The notes: generated by a model from the sequence alone, not told the origin. Counted from the stretch's first letter, positions 8,783-20,398 are shown. The stretch: 32,000 bases of DNA from Fastidiosibacter lacustris (GCF_003428155.1 NZ_QLIR01000018.1:1428-33427), one strand, 5' to 3'. Program-made: numbers and translations.

Positions 8783-10495
8783 ATGAAAAGAGTAAAACGA
8801 TTTGAATTTAAGCGCAATCCAGAAACAGGTGAGATGTGGGTTGAAACAGACTTGCAAGGCAAGAGCTTATTAACACTACCTTCCTTAAATAAAGGAACGG
8901 CTTTCTCAGAGCGTGAGCGTGAAGAGTTTGGACTCTTGGGTAAGCTACCTTTCCAGATTGAATCATTAGAAGAGCAAAAAACACGTGCTTATCAACAGTA
9001 CAAATCTTTTCGCAGCAATATTGGGCGCCATAGTTTTTTAAAGAACCTGCATAATATCAATGAAACTTTGTTTTATCGCTTAGTGCGTGATAATTTAAAT
9101 GAGATGTTGCCTATTATCTATACGCCAACTGTAGGTGAAGCAGTCATGCACTATAGTGAAAAATTCTTATCACCTAGGGGTTTATATGTTGCCTATCCTG
9201 ATCGCTATAAAATGCGAGAGATTTTACATAATCGTACTAACTCCGATATCGATATTATAGTTGTCAGCGATGCTGAAGGGGTGCTTGGTATAGGTGACCA
9301 AGGTGTTGGAGGTATTGAAATTCCTGTTGCTAAACTCATGGTTTATACCTTATGCGCTGGAATTAATCCTGGTAGATATTTACCTGTTTTTTTGGATGCT
9401 GGAACTAATAACAAGCATCTGCTTGAAGATCCTTTATATCTTGGGTGGCGACATGAACGTGTGCGTGGTGAAAAGTATGATGAAATGGTTCAGTTGTTTA
9501 TTGAGGCGGTCAAAGCCGAAATGCCTGATACATTTTTGCACTGGGAGGATTTTGGACGAGACAACGCACGTAAAAATTTACTCAAATACCAAAATGAAAT
9601 CTGTAGCTTTAATGATGATATGCAAGGTACAGCTGCAGTTGCACTAGCCGCATTAATTTCAGCTTCCAAACATGCGAATATTGAGTTTTGTGATCAAAAA
9701 TTTGTCATTTTTGGTTCAGGGACCGCGGGGATTGGAATTGCGGATGAAATTGTGAACGCTTTGGTTCGTTTAGGGTTTACCAAGCAGCAAGCTTATGATC
9801 ATTTTTGGTGTATTGATAAAGATGGACTTCTCATCGACGATCAGCAAATGATGGATTTCCAGCGTCCTTATGCGCGCACGCGCGAATTAGTGAAAGACTG
9901 GTCACACGATGAACAAGGCCGCATTTCACTTCTTGAAGTTGTTAAACAAGCTAAACCGACTACCCTTATTGGTTGTTCTAGTGTCGCCAACGCCTTTAGT
10001 GATGACGTCATCCTTGAAATGGCAGACAACATTGAGCGCCCAATTATTTTTACCCTTTCTAATCCCACCAGTCGATGTGAGCGTATCCCACAAGACATTA
10101 TTCGTTTAACTGAAGGTCGGGCTTTAATTGCAACGGGTAGTCCTTTTGATGACGTTGGCTACAAAGGTAAGGTATATCGCATTGCGCAATCTAACAATGC
10201 ACTTGTTTTTCCTGGAATTGGTCTAGGTATTGTTGCCATTCAAGCCAAACGGTTTACTGAAAATATGCTATGGGCAGCCTGTAAAGCTTTGGCAAATTAT
10301 TCTACGCAAGATGACGATGCGTTGTTACCAAAGCTAAGTGAAGCATATAGCGTGAGTCGTCAAGTTGCTTTTGCTGTTGCTCGTCAAGCTATTGAAGATG
10401 GTGTTGCTGAAGATGTTGATGATATTTGGCGCAAGATTGATCATGTAATTTGGGAACCAAAATATTATCCATATTATGTCTTTAAAGAAAACTGA
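8783..10495 (+). CDS. maeA: NAD-dependent malic enzyme
   Basis: 570 aa. Blocks seen: LNKGTAFSEREREEFGLLGKLP, IYTPTVGEA, VVSDAEGVLGIGDQGVGGIEIPVAKL, FNDDMQGTAAVALAA, GSGTAGIGIA and SNPTS. This length and pattern fit SfcA/MaeA. Confidence 0.92.
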   Translation: MKRVKRFEFKRNPETGEMWVETDLQGKSLLTLPSLNKGTAFSEREREEFGLLGKLPFQIESLEEQKTRAYQQYKSFRSNIGRHSFLKNLHNINETLFYRLVRDNLNEMLPIIYTPTVGEAVMHYSEKFLSPRGLYVAYPDRYKMREILHNRTNSDIDIIVVSDAEGVLGIGDQGVGGIEIPVAKLMVYTLCAGINPGRYLPVFLDAGTNNKHLLEDPLYLGWRHERVRGEKYDEMVQLFIEAVKAEMPDTFLHWEDFGRDNARKNLLKYQNEICSFNDDMQGTAAVALAALISASKHANIEFCDQKFVIFGSGTAGIGIADEIVNALVRLGFTKQQAYDHFWCIDKDGLLIDDQQMMDFQRPYARTRELVKDWSHDEQGRISLLEVVKQAKPTTLIGCSSVANAFSDDVILEMADNIERPIIFTLSNPTSRCERIPQDIIRLTEGRALIATGSPFDDVGYKGKVYRIAQSNNALVFPGIGLGIVAIQAKRFTENMLWAACKALANYSTQDDDALLPKLSEAYSVSRQVAFAVARQAIEDGVAEDVDDIWRKIDHVIWEPKYYPYYVFKEN

Positions 10496-10637
10496 TTTTA
10501 AAAACGTTGTCAAAACAATTTGCGTGTAATCGAAAGTGTAGCAACTTTTGCTTAATAGAGAGGAGTAAAACTGCTTAACCATTTCAAGCAAGATGTGCAT
10601 AATATTAAGCGTTTTAAATAAACAAACGAATTTAGTT

Positions 10638-11978
10638 ATGGCAAAAAGATATTTTGGTACCGATGGCGTGCGCGGGGAAGTAGGAAAATCACCAATGACA
10701 GTTGAGTTTGCAACAAAGCTTGGCAACGCAGTTGGTCAAGTATTACAAAACGCTAATCAAAAAAAAATAAAAGTGGTGATAGGACAGGATACCAGGCGTT
10801 CATCCGATATGTTAAAAACAGCTTTTATTGCAGGTATCACCGCCACAGGCGTCGATGTGATCAATCTGGGTGTGGTGCCAACTCCGGTTGTCGCATTCAT
10901 GGTGAGTGAGCTTGATGCTGATGCAGGCGTAGTGTTAAGCGCGTCACATAATCCATATTATGACAATGGAATTAAGCTTTTCTCTAAAAAAGGGTATAAG
11001 TTAGCAGACGAGTTTGAATATGAGATTGAGCAGTATATTGATAATGACTTTTTTTACTATCATCCACAAGGTAAATTTGGTGAGATGTCTAGTCAAGTCA
11101 ATCAAATCGAGCCATATATTGTACATTGCTTGAAACACTTTACTGATAAAATTAACTTAGCAGATAAAAAAATTATCTTAGATTGCGCTAATGGTGCGCT
11201 TTATCGTACAGCACGTGAAGTATTTAAGTGTTTAGAACTTAATGTAATTGAGATCGCATCAAAACCAGATGGCTTAAATATCAATAAAAATTGTGGTGCA
11301 GTTCACCTTGATGCTTTAAAAACTGCGGTAGTCAATGAGTTTGCTGATCTTGGTATTGCATTTGATGGTGATGGTGATAGGTTAATGCTGGTGGATGAAT
11401 CAGGTTGTGTAGTCGACGGTGATGATATCTTATTGTTGCTTGCAAGATATCCAGCGATTAGTCAAAGTGACAATGGTATCGTTGGTACGGTGATGACAAA
11501 TTTAGCAATTGAGCAGCAGCTGGCTAAGCTAAATATTGTGTTTGAGCGTGCCAAGGTTGGAGATCGTTATGTAATGGAAAAGCTATTACAAAATAACTGG
11601 ATGTTGGGTGGAGAGTCATCAGGACACATTATTAATTTACATTACAATACAACGGGTGATGGTTTGATGGCAGCCTTGCAAGTGTTGGCGATTTTAAGTC
11701 AAACTAATCAGAGTTTATCAAGCTTAATTGATGTGCAAAAAATGCCGCAGGCGATGATCAACGTACCGTTAACAAGGAAACTAGATGCCAATGACATGAG
11801 TTTGTTAATAGAAGATGTAAGCTTTACTGAAAAAGCCTTGGCAGAAGATGGACGCGTGGTATTGAGACCCTCTGGAACAGAGCCCGTATTAAGGGTTATG
11901 GTTGAAGCAAAGTCGCAAGAGCTGGCTGTGGAATGGGTGAATTATTTGGTTGAGAAAGTTAAACAAAAGATTAAATAG
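10638..11978 (+). CDS. glmM: phosphoglucosamine mutase
   Basis: I prefer the start at MAKRYFGTDGVRG (ATG 10638) over the upstream ATG at 10593. It has the active-site loop SASHNPYYDNGIK, a metal site FDGDGDR, GGESSGH and LRPSGTEP. Confidence 0.92.
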   Translation: MAKRYFGTDGVRGEVGKSPMTVEFATKLGNAVGQVLQNANQKKIKVVIGQDTRRSSDMLKTAFIAGITATGVDVINLGVVPTPVVAFMVSELDADAGVVLSASHNPYYDNGIKLFSKKGYKLADEFEYEIEQYIDNDFFYYHPQGKFGEMSSQVNQIEPYIVHCLKHFTDKINLADKKIILDCANGALYRTAREVFKCLELNVIEIASKPDGLNINKNCGAVHLDALKTAVVNEFADLGIAFDGDGDRLMLVDESGCVVDGDDILLLLARYPAISQSDNGIVGTVMTNLAIEQQLAKLNIVFERAKVGDRYVMEKLLQNNWMLGGESSGHIINLHYNTTGDGLMAALQVLAILSQTNQSLSSLIDVQKMPQAMINVPLTRKLDANDMSLLIEDVSFTEKALAEDGRVVLRPSGTEPVLRVMVEAKSQELAVEWVNYLVEKVKQKIK

Positions 11979-11990
11979 TTGGAGTTGAGT

Positions 11991-12743
11991 ATGAGAAGAC
12001 AAATTATTATTGGAAACTGGAAAATGAACGGTTCGTTGTTATCCATAAAAAGCTTGTGTGAATCATTAACTAAACTCGCACATGAGTCAGACGTGGCAGA
12101 TATTGCAGTGTGTGTGCCCAGCATTTATTTACCTTATGTGCAAACTAATCTTAAAAACATATGTTTGGGCGTACAAAACGTAAGCCAATATAACAATGGT
12201 GCATATACGGGAGAAATTAGCACAACGATGTTACAAGACTTTAATTGTCGATATGTCATCGTCGGTCATTCTGAGCGCAGAGCATTTTTTGGAGAAACAG
12301 ATGAAGATATTGCCAATAAGACCAAGCAAGTAGTGCAAGCAGGTTTAACGGCTATTGTTTGTGTTGGTGAAACATTGGAGGAGCGTACAACGGGTAATTT
12401 ACAGTCAATTTTAGCCAGACAATTACAAGTCGTATTAAATAAATTATCGACAAAAGAGCTTGAAAAACTGATTATTGCCTATGAACCTGTCTGGGCAATT
12501 GGCACGGGTTTAGCAGCAACAGCCCATCAAGTTCAAGATGTGCATCGCTATTTGCGCAAGATTGTCACAAACTTTGATGAAGAGCTTGCTAAAAACATCA
12601 AAATTATATATGGTGGCAGCCTAAAACCATCTAACGCAAGTGAACTACTAAGCTTGGAAGATGTAGATGGTGGGTTAATAGGTGGTGCTTCTTTGAACGG
12701 GAAGGACTTTGGTCAAATTATTAAGCAGGCAAAAAAAATATAA
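11991..12743 (+). CDS. tpiA: triosephosphate isomerase
   Basis: ATG 11991 is preceded by GGAG at 11981-11984; the track ORF begins at an upstream TTG (11979). It has IIGNWKMNG, VGHSERR, the catalytic AYEPVWAIGTG and YGGS. Confidence 0.92.
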   Translation: MRRQIIIGNWKMNGSLLSIKSLCESLTKLAHESDVADIAVCVPSIYLPYVQTNLKNICLGVQNVSQYNNGAYTGEISTTMLQDFNCRYVIVGHSERRAFFGETDEDIANKTKQVVQAGLTAIVCVGETLEERTTGNLQSILARQLQVVLNKLSTKELEKLIIAYEPVWAIGTGLAATAHQVQDVHRYLRKIVTNFDEELAKNIKIIYGGSLKPSNASELLSLEDVDGGLIGGASLNGKDFGQIIKQAKKI

Positions 12744-13213
12744 TGTTAGCATTGGTTATAACCATACATATAATTGTTGCTGTTCTAATCGTAGGATTGA
12801 TTTTATTACAGCAAGGCAAGGGCGCAACTATGGGAGCATCCTTTGGTTCAGGAGCATCACAAACTATTTTTGGAAGCAGAGGCGCGGCCCCTTTTATGTT
12901 TAAGCTTACTGCATTTTTAGTAGCAATTTTCTTTGTCACAAGTGTTGGTTTAAGCTATATTGGCAAACGTACAGCTGAGAATAGAGCATTGGCTGGTCAA
13001 TCTTCAGCGGGTGTGACTCAAGCGGATTATCAAAAGCAGCAAGCTCAACAGCAAGCGCTCATTGACCAAGCAAAAGCAACAGTTGAGAAGCAAACTCCAA
13101 AACCTGATTCATTAAATATGAATGACTTATTGCAAACCTCAGCAGTTACTACTGATAAAACACCTAAAGATGCTACTTACAAAAAACCCTCAGAAAGTGA
13201 AAAACACCTGTAA
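12743..13213 (+). CDS. secG: preprotein translocase subunit SecG, with a long hydrophilic C-terminal extension
   Basis: The N-terminal ~75 aa match SecG: two TM helices flank LLQQGKGATMGASFGSGASQTIFGSRG. The start overlaps the tpiA stop (TAATG). It is followed by tRNA-Leu, as E. coli secG is followed by leuU. Confidence 0.88.
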   Translation: MLALVITIHIIVAVLIVGLILLQQGKGATMGASFGSGASQTIFGSRGAAPFMFKLTAFLVAIFFVTSVGLSYIGKRTAENRALAGQSSAGVTQADYQKQQAQQQALIDQAKATVEKQTPKPDSLNMNDLLQTSAVTTDKTPKDATYKKPSESEKHL

Positions 13214-13250
13214 AAGTTAAAGGTTCAGCTGCCTCGAAATAAGTTTTATT

Positions 13251-13336
13251 GCCAAAGTGGTGGAATTGGTAGACACGCCATCTTGAGGGGGTGGTGAGTA
13301 TCACTCGTGCGGGTTCGAGTCCCGCCTTTGGCACCA
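13251..13336 (+). tRNA. leuU: tRNA-Leu (anticodon GAG), class II with long variable arm, CCA encoded
   Basis: The cloverleaf can be drawn by hand. The acceptor is GCCAAAG/CTTTGGC. The anticodon stem is CCATC/GGTGG with loop TTGAGGG, placing GAG at 13285-13287. There is a long variable arm, a T-arm GGGTTCGAGTCCCGC and a terminal ACCA. Confidence 0.92.
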
Positions 13337-13356
13337 AAAAATAAAAGGAAATAAGC

Positions 13357-13755
13357 ATGTTGCAATATAGTGTGTACCATGAGTTTTTACCGATTTTAAT
13401 CTTTTTTATTATCGCCATATGTATTGCAATCGCAATGGCTGTAGGTGGTAAAGTTCTTTCCATTATCGTTGGAGTACATAAACCTAATCCGGAAAAAAAT
13501 GCACCTTTTGAGTGTGGGTTCTCTGAGTTTGAAGATGCGCGCATCAAATTTGATGTGCGTTTTTATTTAGTGGCAATACTCTTCTTAGTCTTTGATTTAG
13601 AGGTCGCATTTATGATTCCATGGGGGGTGCTTGTCAGGGACAGTGCAGCAGGTGGCATATCTTGGGCTGCTTTTATTGCGATGATGGTTTTCTTATTTAT
13701 CTTACTCGTAGGTTTTATCTATGAATGGAAAAAAGGAGCGCTAGAATGGGAGTAG
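13357..13755 (+). CDS. nuoA: NADH-quinone oxidoreductase subunit A
   Basis: 132 aa, three TM segments, with the conserved PFECGF and [10 protein letters not shown] blocks. It is the first gene of the nuo cluster, with RBS AAGGAAA upstream. Confidence 0.92.
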   Translation: MLQYSVYHEFLPILIFFIIAICIAIAMAVGGKVLSIIVGVHKPNPEKNAPFECGFSEFEDARIKFDVRFYLVAILFLVFDLEVAFMIPWGVLVRDSAAGGISWAAFIAMMVFLFILLVGFIYEWKKGALEWE

Positions 13756-14231
13756 AAGAAAACTTAAATAGTAATAAAGGCTTTATTACTGCCAGTGCTG
13801 ATTCTTTGGTTAACTGGGTGCGCACAGGTTCTTTGTGGCCAGTGACATTTGGTTTGGCTTGTTGTGCGGTTGAAATGATGCATTCAGGTGCATCGCGATA
13901 TGATCTAGATCGTTTTGGTATTGTATTTCGTCCTAGTCCCCGTCAATCAGATGTGTTAATCGTTGCTGGCACCTTGTGTAATAAAATGGCACCCGCTTTA
14001 CGTAAAGTATATGAGCAAATGCCAGACCCAAAATGGGTGATTTCGATGGGGTCGTGTGCTAATGGTGGTGGCTATTACCATTATTCTTATTCTGTCGTTA
14101 GAGGTTGTGACCGTATTATGCCAGTTGATATTTATGTTCCTGGTTGTCCACCAACCGCGGAAGCACTTATTTATGGTATTATTCAATTGCAAAATAAGAT
14201 CAAACGAACCAATACGATTGCGAGGAAATAA
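13746..14231 (+). CDS. nuoB: NADH-quinone oxidoreductase subunit B
   Basis: The N2 cluster ligands are present: [20 protein letters not shown] and PGCPP. I prefer ATG 13746, which overlaps the nuoA end by 10 nt; ATG 13725 is the alternative. Confidence 0.92.
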   Translation: MGVEENLNSNKGFITASADSLVNWVRTGSLWPVTFGLACCAVEMMHSGASRYDLDRFGIVFRPSPRQSDVLIVAGTLCNKMAPALRKVYEQMPDPKWVISMGSCANGGGYYHYSYSVVRGCDRIMPVDIYVPGCPPTAEALIYGIIQLQNKIKRTNTIARK

Positions 14232-14233
14232 CG

Positions 14234-14902
14234 ATGTCCTTAACGCAGGAATTTATTGATGATTTAACAAAAGACTTTGGTGGAAAGTTAGTCTCTATCA
14301 CTTATGCTTATGGAGAATTTACTGCTGAGGTTCATAAATCAAACCTGATTAAGGTGATGACGCGTTTAAAGAATATATTTAAGTTTGAACAATTAATCGA
14401 TATATCAGGCGTGGATTATCTTTGTTATGGTGAAGATGAATGGAAAACAGAAAGTTCTACCAGTACTGGTTTTTCGCGTGGAATGGTAACAGGCGAGCTT
14501 TTACACAAAAAACTCAACAAAGGTAAAAAGCGTTTTGCAGTTGTGTATCATTTGATGAGTTTGGCGCTTAATATTCGTCTACGTATTAAAGTATTTTTAG
14601 ATGAACATGATTTGATGTTGCCCAGCGTAGTTGACATATGGTCTTCAGCAAATTGGAATGAGCGCGAGGCTTTTGACATGTTTGGTTTTGTTTTTATTGG
14701 TCATCCTGATTTGCGTCGTATTCTGACTGATTACGGCTTTGTGGGTTACCCCTTTAGAAAAGACTTTCCGCAAAGTGGCTATGTTGAGATGCGTTATGAC
14801 GAAGTGCAAAAACGTGTGGTGTATGAACCCGTTGAAATTGATCCGCGTATCAACACACCAAAGGTTATCCGTCAAGATAATCGCTATTTAAATGAACAAT
14901 AA
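14234..14902 (+). CDS. nuoC: NADH-quinone oxidoreductase subunit C (30-kDa subunit), not fused to NuoD
   Basis: 222 aa, with the blocks [40 protein letters not shown]. Confidence 0.9.
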   Translation: MSLTQEFIDDLTKDFGGKLVSITYAYGEFTAEVHKSNLIKVMTRLKNIFKFEQLIDISGVDYLCYGEDEWKTESSTSTGFSRGMVTGELLHKKLNKGKKRFAVVYHLMSLALNIRLRIKVFLDEHDLMLPSVVDIWSSANWNEREAFDMFGFVFIGHPDLRRILTDYGFVGYPFRKDFPQSGYVEMRYDEVQKRVVYEPVEIDPRINTPKVIRQDNRYLNEQ

Positions 14903-14914
14903 TTGAGCGTTGTT

Positions 14915-16168
14915 ATGGCAGAATTTAAAAACTATACAATGAACTTTGGTCCAGTGCATCCAGCCGCACATGGCGTGTTGCGTTTGGTTTTAGAACTAGA
15001 CGGTGAAGTCGTTGTTCGCGCTGATCCACACATTGGTCTTTTACACCGTGGCACCGAGAAACTTGCAGAATCTAAACCATATAATCAAAGTATTGGCTAT
15101 ATGGATCGCTTAGACTATGTTTCAATGATGTGTAATGAGCATGCCTATGTATTGGCAATTGAAAAGCTTTTGGTTATTGAAGTGCCTAAACGTGCTCAAT
15201 ACATTCGAGTGATGTTTGCCGAGATTACGCGTATTTTAAATCACTTATTGTGGACGGCAGCAAATAGTCTTGACTTAGGTGCAATGACGATGTTCTTATA
15301 TGCGTTTCGTGAGCGTGAAGACTTGTTTGATTGCTATGAAGCAGTATCAGGAGCAAGAATGCATGCAACTTACTTTCGCCCTGGCGGAGTGGTGCGTGAT
15401 CTACCGTTGCAAATGCCAAAATATGAGAAATCTCGTTTTACTTCTAAACGTAAACTCAAAGCAATTAATAAAAATCGCCAAGCTTCTCTCTTAGACTTTA
15501 TTTGGGATTTTACGGAACGCTTTCCAAAATGTATTGATGAGTATGAAAATCTTTTAACCAATAATCGAATTTGGAAGCAGCGTACAGTTGGTATTGGGGT
15601 GGTTAGCGCTGAACGAGCAAAAGCATTAGGCTTTGGAGGCCCTATGCTTAGAGCTTCAGGTATCGCCTGGGATTTGCGTAAAAAGCAACCATATGATGTT
15701 TATGATGAGGTGGAATTTGATATTCCGATTGGCAGTCATGGTGACTGCTATGATCGTTATTTAGTGCGCATGGCTGAGATGCGTGAATCAAATAAAATCA
15801 TTCGTCAGTGTGTGAAATGGTTGCGTGAAAACGAAGGACCTGTAATGACGCCAAACCATAAGGTAACACCGCCTAAGCGTGACGAAATGAAAAACGGTAT
15901 GGAAGCCTTGATTCACCATTTTAAACTGTTCTCCGAAGGCTATTGTGTGCCAGAAGGTGAAGTGTACGTAGGGACAGAGCATCCGAAGGGTGAGTTTGGC
16001 ATTTATTTAGTATCAGATGGTGCAAATAAACCCTATCGTGTCAAAATACGTGCACCAAGTTTTACTCATTTAAGTTCAATGAATGAAATGTTAAGTGGTC
16101 ATATGTTGTCAGATGTACCAGCCATTATTGCCACGCAAGATATCGTATTTGGCGATGTAGATAGATAA
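14915..16168 (+). CDS. nuoD: NADH-quinone oxidoreductase subunit D (49-kDa subunit)
   Basis: From ATG 14915 it reads [36 protein letters not shown] and the C-terminal DIVFGDVDR are present. The track ORF starts at an upstream TTG (14903). Confidence 0.93.
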   Translation: MAEFKNYTMNFGPVHPAAHGVLRLVLELDGEVVVRADPHIGLLHRGTEKLAESKPYNQSIGYMDRLDYVSMMCNEHAYVLAIEKLLVIEVPKRAQYIRVMFAEITRILNHLLWTAANSLDLGAMTMFLYAFREREDLFDCYEAVSGARMHATYFRPGGVVRDLPLQMPKYEKSRFTSKRKLKAINKNRQASLLDFIWDFTERFPKCIDEYENLLTNNRIWKQRTVGIGVVSAERAKALGFGGPMLRASGIAWDLRKKQPYDVYDEVEFDIPIGSHGDCYDRYLVRMAEMRESNKIIRQCVKWLRENEGPVMTPNHKVTPPKRDEMKNGMEALIHHFKLFSEGYCVPEGEVYVGTEHPKGEFGIYLVSDGANKPYRVKIRAPSFTHLSSMNEMLSGHMLSDVPAIIATQDIVFGDVDR

Positions 16169-16181
16169 TTGGGATTGCCAT

Positions 16182-16673
16182 ATGTTAGAAAAAAAACAAA
16201 TTTTTCCAGGTCACATTACTGAGTTGCTAGAAAACTGGGAAAAACGTTACCCAAAAGATCAACAAAGATCGGTGATTATTCCAGGTTTGCATATATTGCA
16301 GGACCATAACAACGGCTATTTGACGATAGAGCTCATGGATAAATTGGCGCAATATTTGTCTGTTCCTGTAGCACATGTTTATGAAGTGGCAACTTTCTAC
16401 AGTATGTATGATTTACAAAAAGTAGGTCGGCATAAGCTTAATGTGTGCACAAATTTATCTTGTATGCTCAATGGTGCTAAAAAAATTATGACGCATATTG
16501 AAAATCGATTGGGCATCAAAGCAGGTGAAACAACGCCTGACGGGCGTATAACACTTAAGTCTGTTGAGTGCCAAGGTGCTTGCTGTGGTGCGCCCATGCT
16601 TGAAGTTGATAAGGTTTTTTATGAAAATCTAACGATCGGAAAAGTTGATCAATTACTAGATTCTTTGGAGTAG
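16182..16673 (+). CDS. nuoE: NADH-quinone oxidoreductase subunit E (24-kDa, 2Fe-2S)
   Basis: 163 aa. The cysteine pattern is CTNLSCMLNG...CQGACCGAPM. Confidence 0.92.
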   Translation: MLEKKQIFPGHITELLENWEKRYPKDQQRSVIIPGLHILQDHNNGYLTIELMDKLAQYLSVPVAHVYEVATFYSMYDLQKVGRHKLNVCTNLSCMLNGAKKIMTHIENRLGIKAGETTPDGRITLKSVECQGACCGAPMLEVDKVFYENLTIGKVDQLLDSLE

Positions 16674-16676
16674 CAA

Positions 16677-17948
16677 ATGGCGAATGAAGTTTGTTTTAGA
16701 ACACTCCACCTTGAGCGACCTTGGTCGCTTAAATCATATGAGTCAGTTGGTGGTTACTCATATTGGAAGAAGATTTTAGATGAGAAAATCCCACCTGAAC
16801 AGATTATTGAAGAGCTCAAAAAATCTGGACTGCGTGGTCGCGGTGGAGCGGGTTTCCCTGCTGGACTTAAGTGGAGTTTTATGCCACGTAACTTACCAGG
16901 GCAAAAATATGTTGTTTGTAATTCAGATGAAGGAGAACCAGGTACGTGCAAAGATCGTGAAATCCTGCGCAACAATCCCCATCAATTGATTGAAGGCATG
17001 GCAATTGCAGGTTATGCCACGGGTGCAAGTGTTGGTTACAATTATATTCGTGGTGAGTTTTATGAACCGATTGCACGTTTTGAAGCTGCACTCAATGAAG
17101 CAAGAGCGATGGGGTTAATTGGTTTTAACATAAGAAGCTCTGGGATTGATTTTAACCTTTATTGTTCCATTGGAGCAGGTGCCTATATTTGTGGTGAAGA
17201 AACTGCACTTTTAAACTCCTTAGAGGGTAAGAAAGGTCAGCCTCGATTTAAGCCACCATTTCCTGCGAATAAAGGCTTATATGGTTGTCCGACTAATATC
17301 AATAATACTGAAACCTATGCTTCAGTTCCACCGATTCTAGAACATGGTGGAGAGTGGTTTCAGAAACTCGGTACTGAGAAAAGTGGTGGTACCAAGCTTT
17401 TTTGTGTATCAGGTCACGTTAATCAACCAGGGGTATTTGAGGTAGGCTTAGGTATTCCATTTAAAGACTTGTTGGCAATGGCAGGTGGTGTTCGTAGTGG
17501 TAAAAAGATTAAAGCAGTTATTCCAGGTGGAAGTTCCTGTAAAATTTTGACGGGTGAAGAAATGCTTGCACTGACGATGGACTATGAAGCAATTGCTCAG
17601 GCAGGCTCTATGCTGGGATCAGGTGCGGTAGTCGTCTTAGATGAAGATACGTGCATGGTTGAGCTTCTAGCACGGTTGGCCGATTTTTATTATGAAGAAT
17701 CATGTGGTCAGTGTACCCCATGTAGAGAAGGGACAGGTTGGATGGCGCGTACACTTGAGCGAATATTGCACGGTGAAGGCAGATTAGAGGATATTAATAA
17801 CTTGATTCGTGTGGCCTCCAATATTGAAGGAAATACGATTTGTGGTTTGGGTGATGCAGCAGCTTGGCCGGTCCAAAGTTACCTTAAGAAATTCAGACAT
17901 GAATTTGAATATATGATTGAGAATAAACGTAGTATTGTCGCGGTTTAG
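16677..17948 (+). CDS. nuoF: NADH-quinone oxidoreductase subunit F (51-kDa, FMN/NADH site)
   Basis: 423 aa. It has [26 protein letters not shown] and the 4Fe-4S motif [12 protein letters not shown]...CGLGDAA. Confidence 0.95.
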   Translation: MANEVCFRTLHLERPWSLKSYESVGGYSYWKKILDEKIPPEQIIEELKKSGLRGRGGAGFPAGLKWSFMPRNLPGQKYVVCNSDEGEPGTCKDREILRNNPHQLIEGMAIAGYATGASVGYNYIRGEFYEPIARFEAALNEARAMGLIGFNIRSSGIDFNLYCSIGAGAYICGEETALLNSLEGKKGQPRFKPPFPANKGLYGCPTNINNTETYASVPPILEHGGEWFQKLGTEKSGGTKLFCVSGHVNQPGVFEVGLGIPFKDLLAMAGGVRSGKKIKAVIPGGSSCKILTGEEMLALTMDYEAIAQAGSMLGSGAVVVLDEDTCMVELLARLADFYYEESCGQCTPCREGTGWMARTLERILHGEGRLEDINNLIRVASNIEGNTICGLGDAAAWPVQSYLKKFRHEFEYMIENKRSIVAV

Positions 17949-17986
17949 ATAATTTTGAGTAAGAAGAATTTAAAGTAAAGTTAAGG

Positions 17987-20398
17987 GTGAGTCCCGTGTC
18001 AGAAAAAGAAACACCAAAACAATTGAGCATTGAAATAAATGGTCAAAACTATCTAGCACATCCTGGTGAGATGGTCATTCAGGTGGCAGATAGGCATGGT
18101 ATTTATATTCCACGTTTTTGCTATCATAAAAAGCTTTCAATTGCAGCAAATTGCAGAATGTGTTTAGTAGAAATAGCAGGTGCCAGAAAGCCGTCTCCAG
18201 CATGTGCAACGCCAATCATGGATGGTATGAAAATATTCACAAAATCACCTACAACGATTGCATATCAGAAGAGCGTGATGGAGTTTCTGCTAATTAATCA
18301 TCCATTGGATTGTCCGATTTGCGATCAAGGTGGTGAATGTGAACTGCAAGATATCGCAATGGGTTATGGTAGTGATGCTTCTAAGTATAGTGAAACCAAA
18401 CGTGCCTTTGATGATCCAAGTTTAGGTCCATTGGTGGCAACCGATATGACGCGTTGTATTCAGTGTACGCGTTGTGTGCGATTTGGTGAGGAAATAGCAG
18501 GGGATAAGGAATTAGGTGCAATGGGGCGTAGCGATCACATGGAGATTAGCACTTATGTTGCAAAAACAGTCAACTCTGAGTTATCAGGTAATATCATCGA
18601 TCTGTGTCCAGTTGGTGCGTTGACCTCTAAACCATTTAGATTTAATGCTCGTGCATGGGAATTACTGCAGTACTCAACGATTTCGGGTGCAGATGCAGTG
18701 GGTGCTAATATTTATGCGCATGTAAGACGCAATCAAATTATGCGTGTGATACCAAAAGAAAATGATGAATTAAATGAAACTTGGCTTGCCGACAAAGATC
18801 GTTTTTATTATACAGGCGTTTATAGTGAAGATCGTGTGACTTCACCAATCATTAAGAAAAATGGACATTGGATCGAAGTATCATGGGAAGAAGCGCTTGA
18901 TTTTGTGAAGGTTGCAATTGAGCACACAAAAGAAAATGAAGGTGTTAATACCATTTCAGCCTTAGCATCTGAGTCAGCAACAACAGAAGAATTGTATCTA
19001 TTGCAAAAGCTCATTCGTAAACTTGGTTCGAATAACATTGAAACACGCTTAAAACAAGGATCAAATGCTAAAAAATTACATACAGGAGTCGGTTTTGATT
19101 GCAGTTTTGCGGAGATTGAACAATCGGATGCAATTTTATTGCTTGGAAGTTACTTGCGCAAGGAAATCCCATTAATTAATCATCGCGTGCACAAAGCAGC
19201 AAAAAATGGTGCTAAGGTGTTAGCTATAAATAGCCAATATTACAGCTTTAATTATGAAATTCAAACCACATGTGTAGAAGCCAATGAATTCGTTTATGCT
19301 TTAGCAAGTTTGGTTAAAGCAATTGCCCAAAAGGTTGCTACCCCAATTCAGTCTGAAACTGTAAAATCAGTTATTGATGCAATTGAGGTTTTCCCTGAAA
19401 TTGAACACATTGCAGCTGAGCTTGGATGTTGTAAGAATCCTTTACTGATATTAGGTTTTGATGCTATTTTAAATAAGGATTTTGCTGAAATTTATGCACT
19501 TTTCTTTGAGCTTAAACATTTACTTAATGCTAAAGGTGGTGTGTTGAGTATGGGGGCAAATAGCAAAGGCGCACTTTTAGCAGGTGCCTCAGTAGATTAC
19601 TCACCAGGTGGCGAAGAAAATCTGCAACATGGTTTAGCTCTACATGATATGTTGAGTAGTAAAACTAAGCTTATGCTAAGCTTTGGCATTGAGCCTGAGT
19701 TAGATTGTATTGCTGGTAGTAAAGTGCTAAATGCATTAAAAGAGATTGATATCGTGGTTGCTTTCTCTGCTTATGCTAATGAAGCCATGCGTGAATATGC
19801 TGATATTATTTTACCAATCACAACGCACTTTGAAACCGATGGTTCATTTGTGAATATTAATGGTCAAACCCAGCGCTTTAAAGCGGTAATATCTCCATAT
19901 GAAGATAGTAAACCATTGTGGAAGGTACTGCGTGTATTAAGTAATTTATTAGCTATAGAAGGTTTTGATTACCAGACGTTAGATGAGGTTTATGCTGAGT
20001 ATGCAGCCATTGAAAAAGTAGCACCTGTGCCGGTTATAGATGATTATTTAAAGAATGGATTGCCAAATTTGGCAGAAGGTTATTCGATTTTACCAACTGT
20101 TTCAATGTATAGTACATCAAGCACATTAAGGCGTGCGAAGCCATTGCAGAATACTCAAGATGCGATGTACTATAAAGCGGTAAGGTTGTCAGCTAAGTTT
20201 GCTGTAGATAAAGGTATCGTTGACCAAACTGAAGTAAGCATTGGTATATCTGATCAATTTTACCAATTACCGATTGTGATAGATGAAAATTTAGCTCAAA
20301 ACACGATAGTAATTCCGTTCCAACTTCTGCCTCCTTGTAGTAAAAATTTAGCAAATGTTACAATTGCTGTAGTTAAAAATGAAGTGGTGGACATATGA
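17987..20398 (+). CDS. nuoG: NADH-quinone oxidoreductase subunit G (75-kDa)
   Basis: 803 aa from a GTG start. It has the N-terminal 2Fe-2S region ([20 protein letters not shown]), [18 protein letters not shown] and [11 protein letters not shown] molybdopterin-oxidoreductase-like domain follows. The stop overlaps the nuoH start (ATGA). Confidence 0.92.
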   Translation: MSPVSEKETPKQLSIEINGQNYLAHPGEMVIQVADRHGIYIPRFCYHKKLSIAANCRMCLVEIAGARKPSPACATPIMDGMKIFTKSPTTIAYQKSVMEFLLINHPLDCPICDQGGECELQDIAMGYGSDASKYSETKRAFDDPSLGPLVATDMTRCIQCTRCVRFGEEIAGDKELGAMGRSDHMEISTYVAKTVNSELSGNIIDLCPVGALTSKPFRFNARAWELLQYSTISGADAVGANIYAHVRRNQIMRVIPKENDELNETWLADKDRFYYTGVYSEDRVTSPIIKKNGHWIEVSWEEALDFVKVAIEHTKENEGVNTISALASESATTEELYLLQKLIRKLGSNNIETRLKQGSNAKKLHTGVGFDCSFAEIEQSDAILLLGSYLRKEIPLINHRVHKAAKNGAKVLAINSQYYSFNYEIQTTCVEANEFVYALASLVKAIAQKVATPIQSETVKSVIDAIEVFPEIEHIAAELGCCKNPLLILGFDAILNKDFAEIYALFFELKHLLNAKGGVLSMGANSKGALLAGASVDYSPGGEENLQHGLALHDMLSSKTKLMLSFGIEPELDCIAGSKVLNALKEIDIVVAFSAYANEAMREYADIILPITTHFETDGSFVNINGQTQRFKAVISPYEDSKPLWKVLRVLSNLLAIEGFDYQTLDEVYAEYAAIEKVAPVPVIDDYLKNGLPNLAEGYSILPTVSMYSTSSTLRRAKPLQNTQDAMYYKAVRLSAKFAVDKGIVDQTEVSIGISDQFYQLPIVIDENLAQNTIVIPFQLLPPCSKNLANVTIAVVKNEVVDI

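Noticed and set aside
10593-10637. An upstream ATG would extend GlmM by 15 residues (MCIILSVLNKQTNLV)
   Set aside because: GlmM orthologues begin close to the conserved (K/R)YFGTDG(I/V)RG block. The extension is hydrophobic and not GlmM-like, so I prefer ATG 10638.
13173-13547. 124-aa minus-strand ORF spanning the secG end, tRNA-Leu and the nuoA start
   Set aside because: It runs straight through a well-folded tRNA gene and antisense to nuoA. It is not credible as a gene.
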